DNA from: Bdellovibrionales bacterium | GTDB taxonomy: Bacteria > Bdellovibrionota > Bdellovibrionia > Bdellovibrionales > JAGQZY01 | Direction: 5' to 3' | Assembly: GCA_964230645.1 (NCBI GenBank) | Contig: CAXRHT010000002.1 | Coordinates: 512,001 to 576,000 of the forward strand | DNA length: 64,000 bases | Shown here: positions 62,389-64,000 of the stretch, piece after piece | Layout: the number at the start of each line of letters is the position of its first letter | Numbering within the stretch: the first letter of the stretch is position 1 | Program-made: the position numbers and the translations under genes | Notes under the pieces: generated by a model | The model's input: only the letters and a program-made list of their open reading frames with translations | Database searches by the model: none | What the model was told of the DNA's origin: nothing

Positions 62389-62517
62389 ATGCTTACCGTA
62401 TCTTTAGTTTTTACCTTAGTGATTCTCGTTTCGTTTGAGAATCTTTCTTCGGCTTTCATAGCCAGTGGGTCGTGGATTGCCTTATCCTTACTTATTTTTT
62501 CTGGAAGCCACTTCTAA
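62389..62517 (+). CDS. Unannotated 42-aa hydrophobic small protein
   Basis: AAAGGAGA RBS; MLTVSLVFTLVILVSFENLSSAFIASGSWIALSLLIFSGSHF. Confidence 0.4.
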   Translation: MLTVSLVFTLVILVSFENLSSAFIASGSWIALSLLIFSGSHF

Positions 62518-62561
62518 GAGCCGTCTGGACAATTATTTTTTCACAGTCTACAAAGTAAGCT

Positions 62562-63818
62562 GTGATCTTTATTAAACTTTACCCCTTTATTTATTCGCCG
62601 CTGTTATGGCTGGTTTCTTTTTTCAAGTTTCTCAATCCTAAGATTAAAAAGGGCTTTGAGCTCAGAAAACCAAAAGCGAAAACCCCTCCTTGGCTCGACT
62701 ATGAAGCCGGTAGCCAACCCCTTTGGTTTCATTGTGCCTCTGGAGAATTCGAGTACGCCAAACCTGTTATTCGCACACTCAAACAAAAATATCCGCAAGT
62801 AAAAATACTGGTCACTTATTTTTCGCCATCAGTGGTGAAGTCATTGCAAGGGTCTGAAGATGTGGATTTTTTCTGCCCGATGCCTTGGGACCAAAAGAAA
62901 CACTGGCGCCGATTTATAACGCATCACCAACCCCGAGCCCTCTTAGTGGCGCGAACCGATCTATGGCCCATAATGCTCTCTGAGACACAGAAACAAAAAG
63001 TACCGAGACTTCTTTTTTCAAAAACGGCAAAGAAGAATCGTAGCTTCTTTAAAAAGTTTATGGAAAAAAGACTTCTTCCCCTCTTTGATGATGTGTTTTG
63101 TGCCAGTGTTGTAGATCAAGAAAATCTACGCAGCCTTCTACCTCGCATGTCCTCCATTCACAACTCCGGTGACACGCGCTACGATCAATGCCTTTACCGT
63201 TTGCAACATGGAAATTCTCTCAAACCTTTAAAGAATTTCAATAAAAAAGTTTTTATCGCCGGCTCCACTTGGCCCAGTGATGAATTCATTCTTGTTCCTA
63301 CCATTAAAGAGCGCATGGTTGATGTCAGTTTTATTATCGCCCCTCATGAGCCCAGCAGAAAACATTTATTAAAACTCACCGAGCTTCTTGCGGGGAAAGG
63401 AATTGGTTACCAATTTTACTCAGAGACTCAGAGCTGGAACCCCAATGAAGTGCTTATAATTGATGAAGTGGGAATATTAGCCGATCTTTACGCTTGGGGA
63501 AATTATGCTTTTGTAGGCGGCTCTATGGATCGTAGTGTTCATTCGGTCATGGAACCTCTGGCGCAAGGACTGTTGTGTTTTGTGGGTCCTGAACATGAGA
63601 ACAATAGAGAGGCGATGATCTTTAAAGAGGAAAAAATAGATCATATGACGCCTGTGCAAGTGGTGAGCGACAGTGATCTCATGCTTCGACGCTTTGAAAC
63701 CCTTTACCAGTCTTGGAGCCCACAGCACCAGATGGATTTAAAAATGAAACTTCGTGAAAAAGCCGGAGCTTCAGAGATTGTATTAAAGTGGATTGAGAAT
63801 AATGTTTCTTTTAGCTAG
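62562..63818 (+). CDS. waaA: Kdo transferase
   Basis: WFHCASGE, VTYFSPS, GDTRYD, AGSTW, IAPH, GILADLY and HSVMEP motifs. Confidence 0.9.
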   Translation: MIFIKLYPFIYSPLLWLVSFFKFLNPKIKKGFELRKPKAKTPPWLDYEAGSQPLWFHCASGEFEYAKPVIRTLKQKYPQVKILVTYFSPSVVKSLQGSEDVDFFCPMPWDQKKHWRRFITHHQPRALLVARTDLWPIMLSETQKQKVPRLLFSKTAKKNRSFFKKFMEKRLLPLFDDVFCASVVDQENLRSLLPRMSSIHNSGDTRYDQCLYRLQHGNSLKPLKNFNKKVFIAGSTWPSDEFILVPTIKERMVDVSFIIAPHEPSRKHLLKLTELLAGKGIGYQFYSETQSWNPNEVLIIDEVGILADLYAWGNYAFVGGSMDRSVHSVMEPLAQGLLCFVGPEHENNREAMIFKEEKIDHMTPVQVVSDSDLMLRRFETLYQSWSPQHQMDLKMKLREKAGASEIVLKWIENNVSFS

Positions 63819-63823
63819 CGCTT

Positions 63824-64000
63824 TGTCATCCTGAGGTATAGCCACTTGTCATTTTGAGGTGCAACCACCTGTCATCCTGAGGCGTAGCCGAAGGATCTTT
63901 TAGCGAGAGAATATGCCACTGGAAAGATTCTTCGCTTCGCTCAGAATGACAAAAAAACGATAGTCATCCTGAGGTGCAACCATCTGTCATCCTGAGGCTT
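63824..64000. repeat. REP-like cluster with 23-bp tandem half-units, running off the window
   Basis: GTCAT units with 23-bp period at 63825, 63848 and 63871, and again at 63963 and 63986; full elements at 63870-63898 and 63925-63951. Confidence 0.9.

Noticed and set aside
63824..64000. Mini-CRISPR with short spacers
   Set aside because: The ~10-bp variable parts are related to each other and the constant part is a REP half-site

Overview
Bacterial chromosomal window that most likely comes from a marine or halophilic Bdellovibrionota predator. This is an inference from a 2816-aa tail-fibre-like adhesin with a C-terminal S74 chaperone (MAT-type), a complete Na+-NQR operon and many secreted orphan proteins. 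Housekeeping content: nqrABCDEF-apbE-nqrM, exported katG, a cold-shock gene, tRNA-Leu(TAA), murI-mpaA-dapD-queD-like operon, a LolC/E-type permease, an MlaE/MlaF-like/MlaD operon, ridA, tRNA-Ala(GGC), ahpC, pyrF and waaA. Accessory content: a CheA-like/CheX/CheY/PP2C/STAS signalling cluster, a TonB-receptor/TonB/Fur-family metal-uptake locus, an S8 protease, TolC+RND, HiPIP and three REP-like palindrome clusters. Best candidates for undescribed biology: (1) a probably leaderless, exported upstream ORF ending in the RAPP ribosome-arrest motif, whose stop-codon region is complementary to the ribosome-binding site of a downstream SbtA-like/SbtB-like/DUF2490 operon; (2) a four-helix-bundle gene behind tRNA-Leu, enclosed by nested long-range inverted repeats and heptad repeats; (3) an unannotated 51-aa membrane protein coupled to a TolC-RND pair that has no adaptor gene. 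All family calls come from motif recognition by eye; no database searches or folding programs were run.
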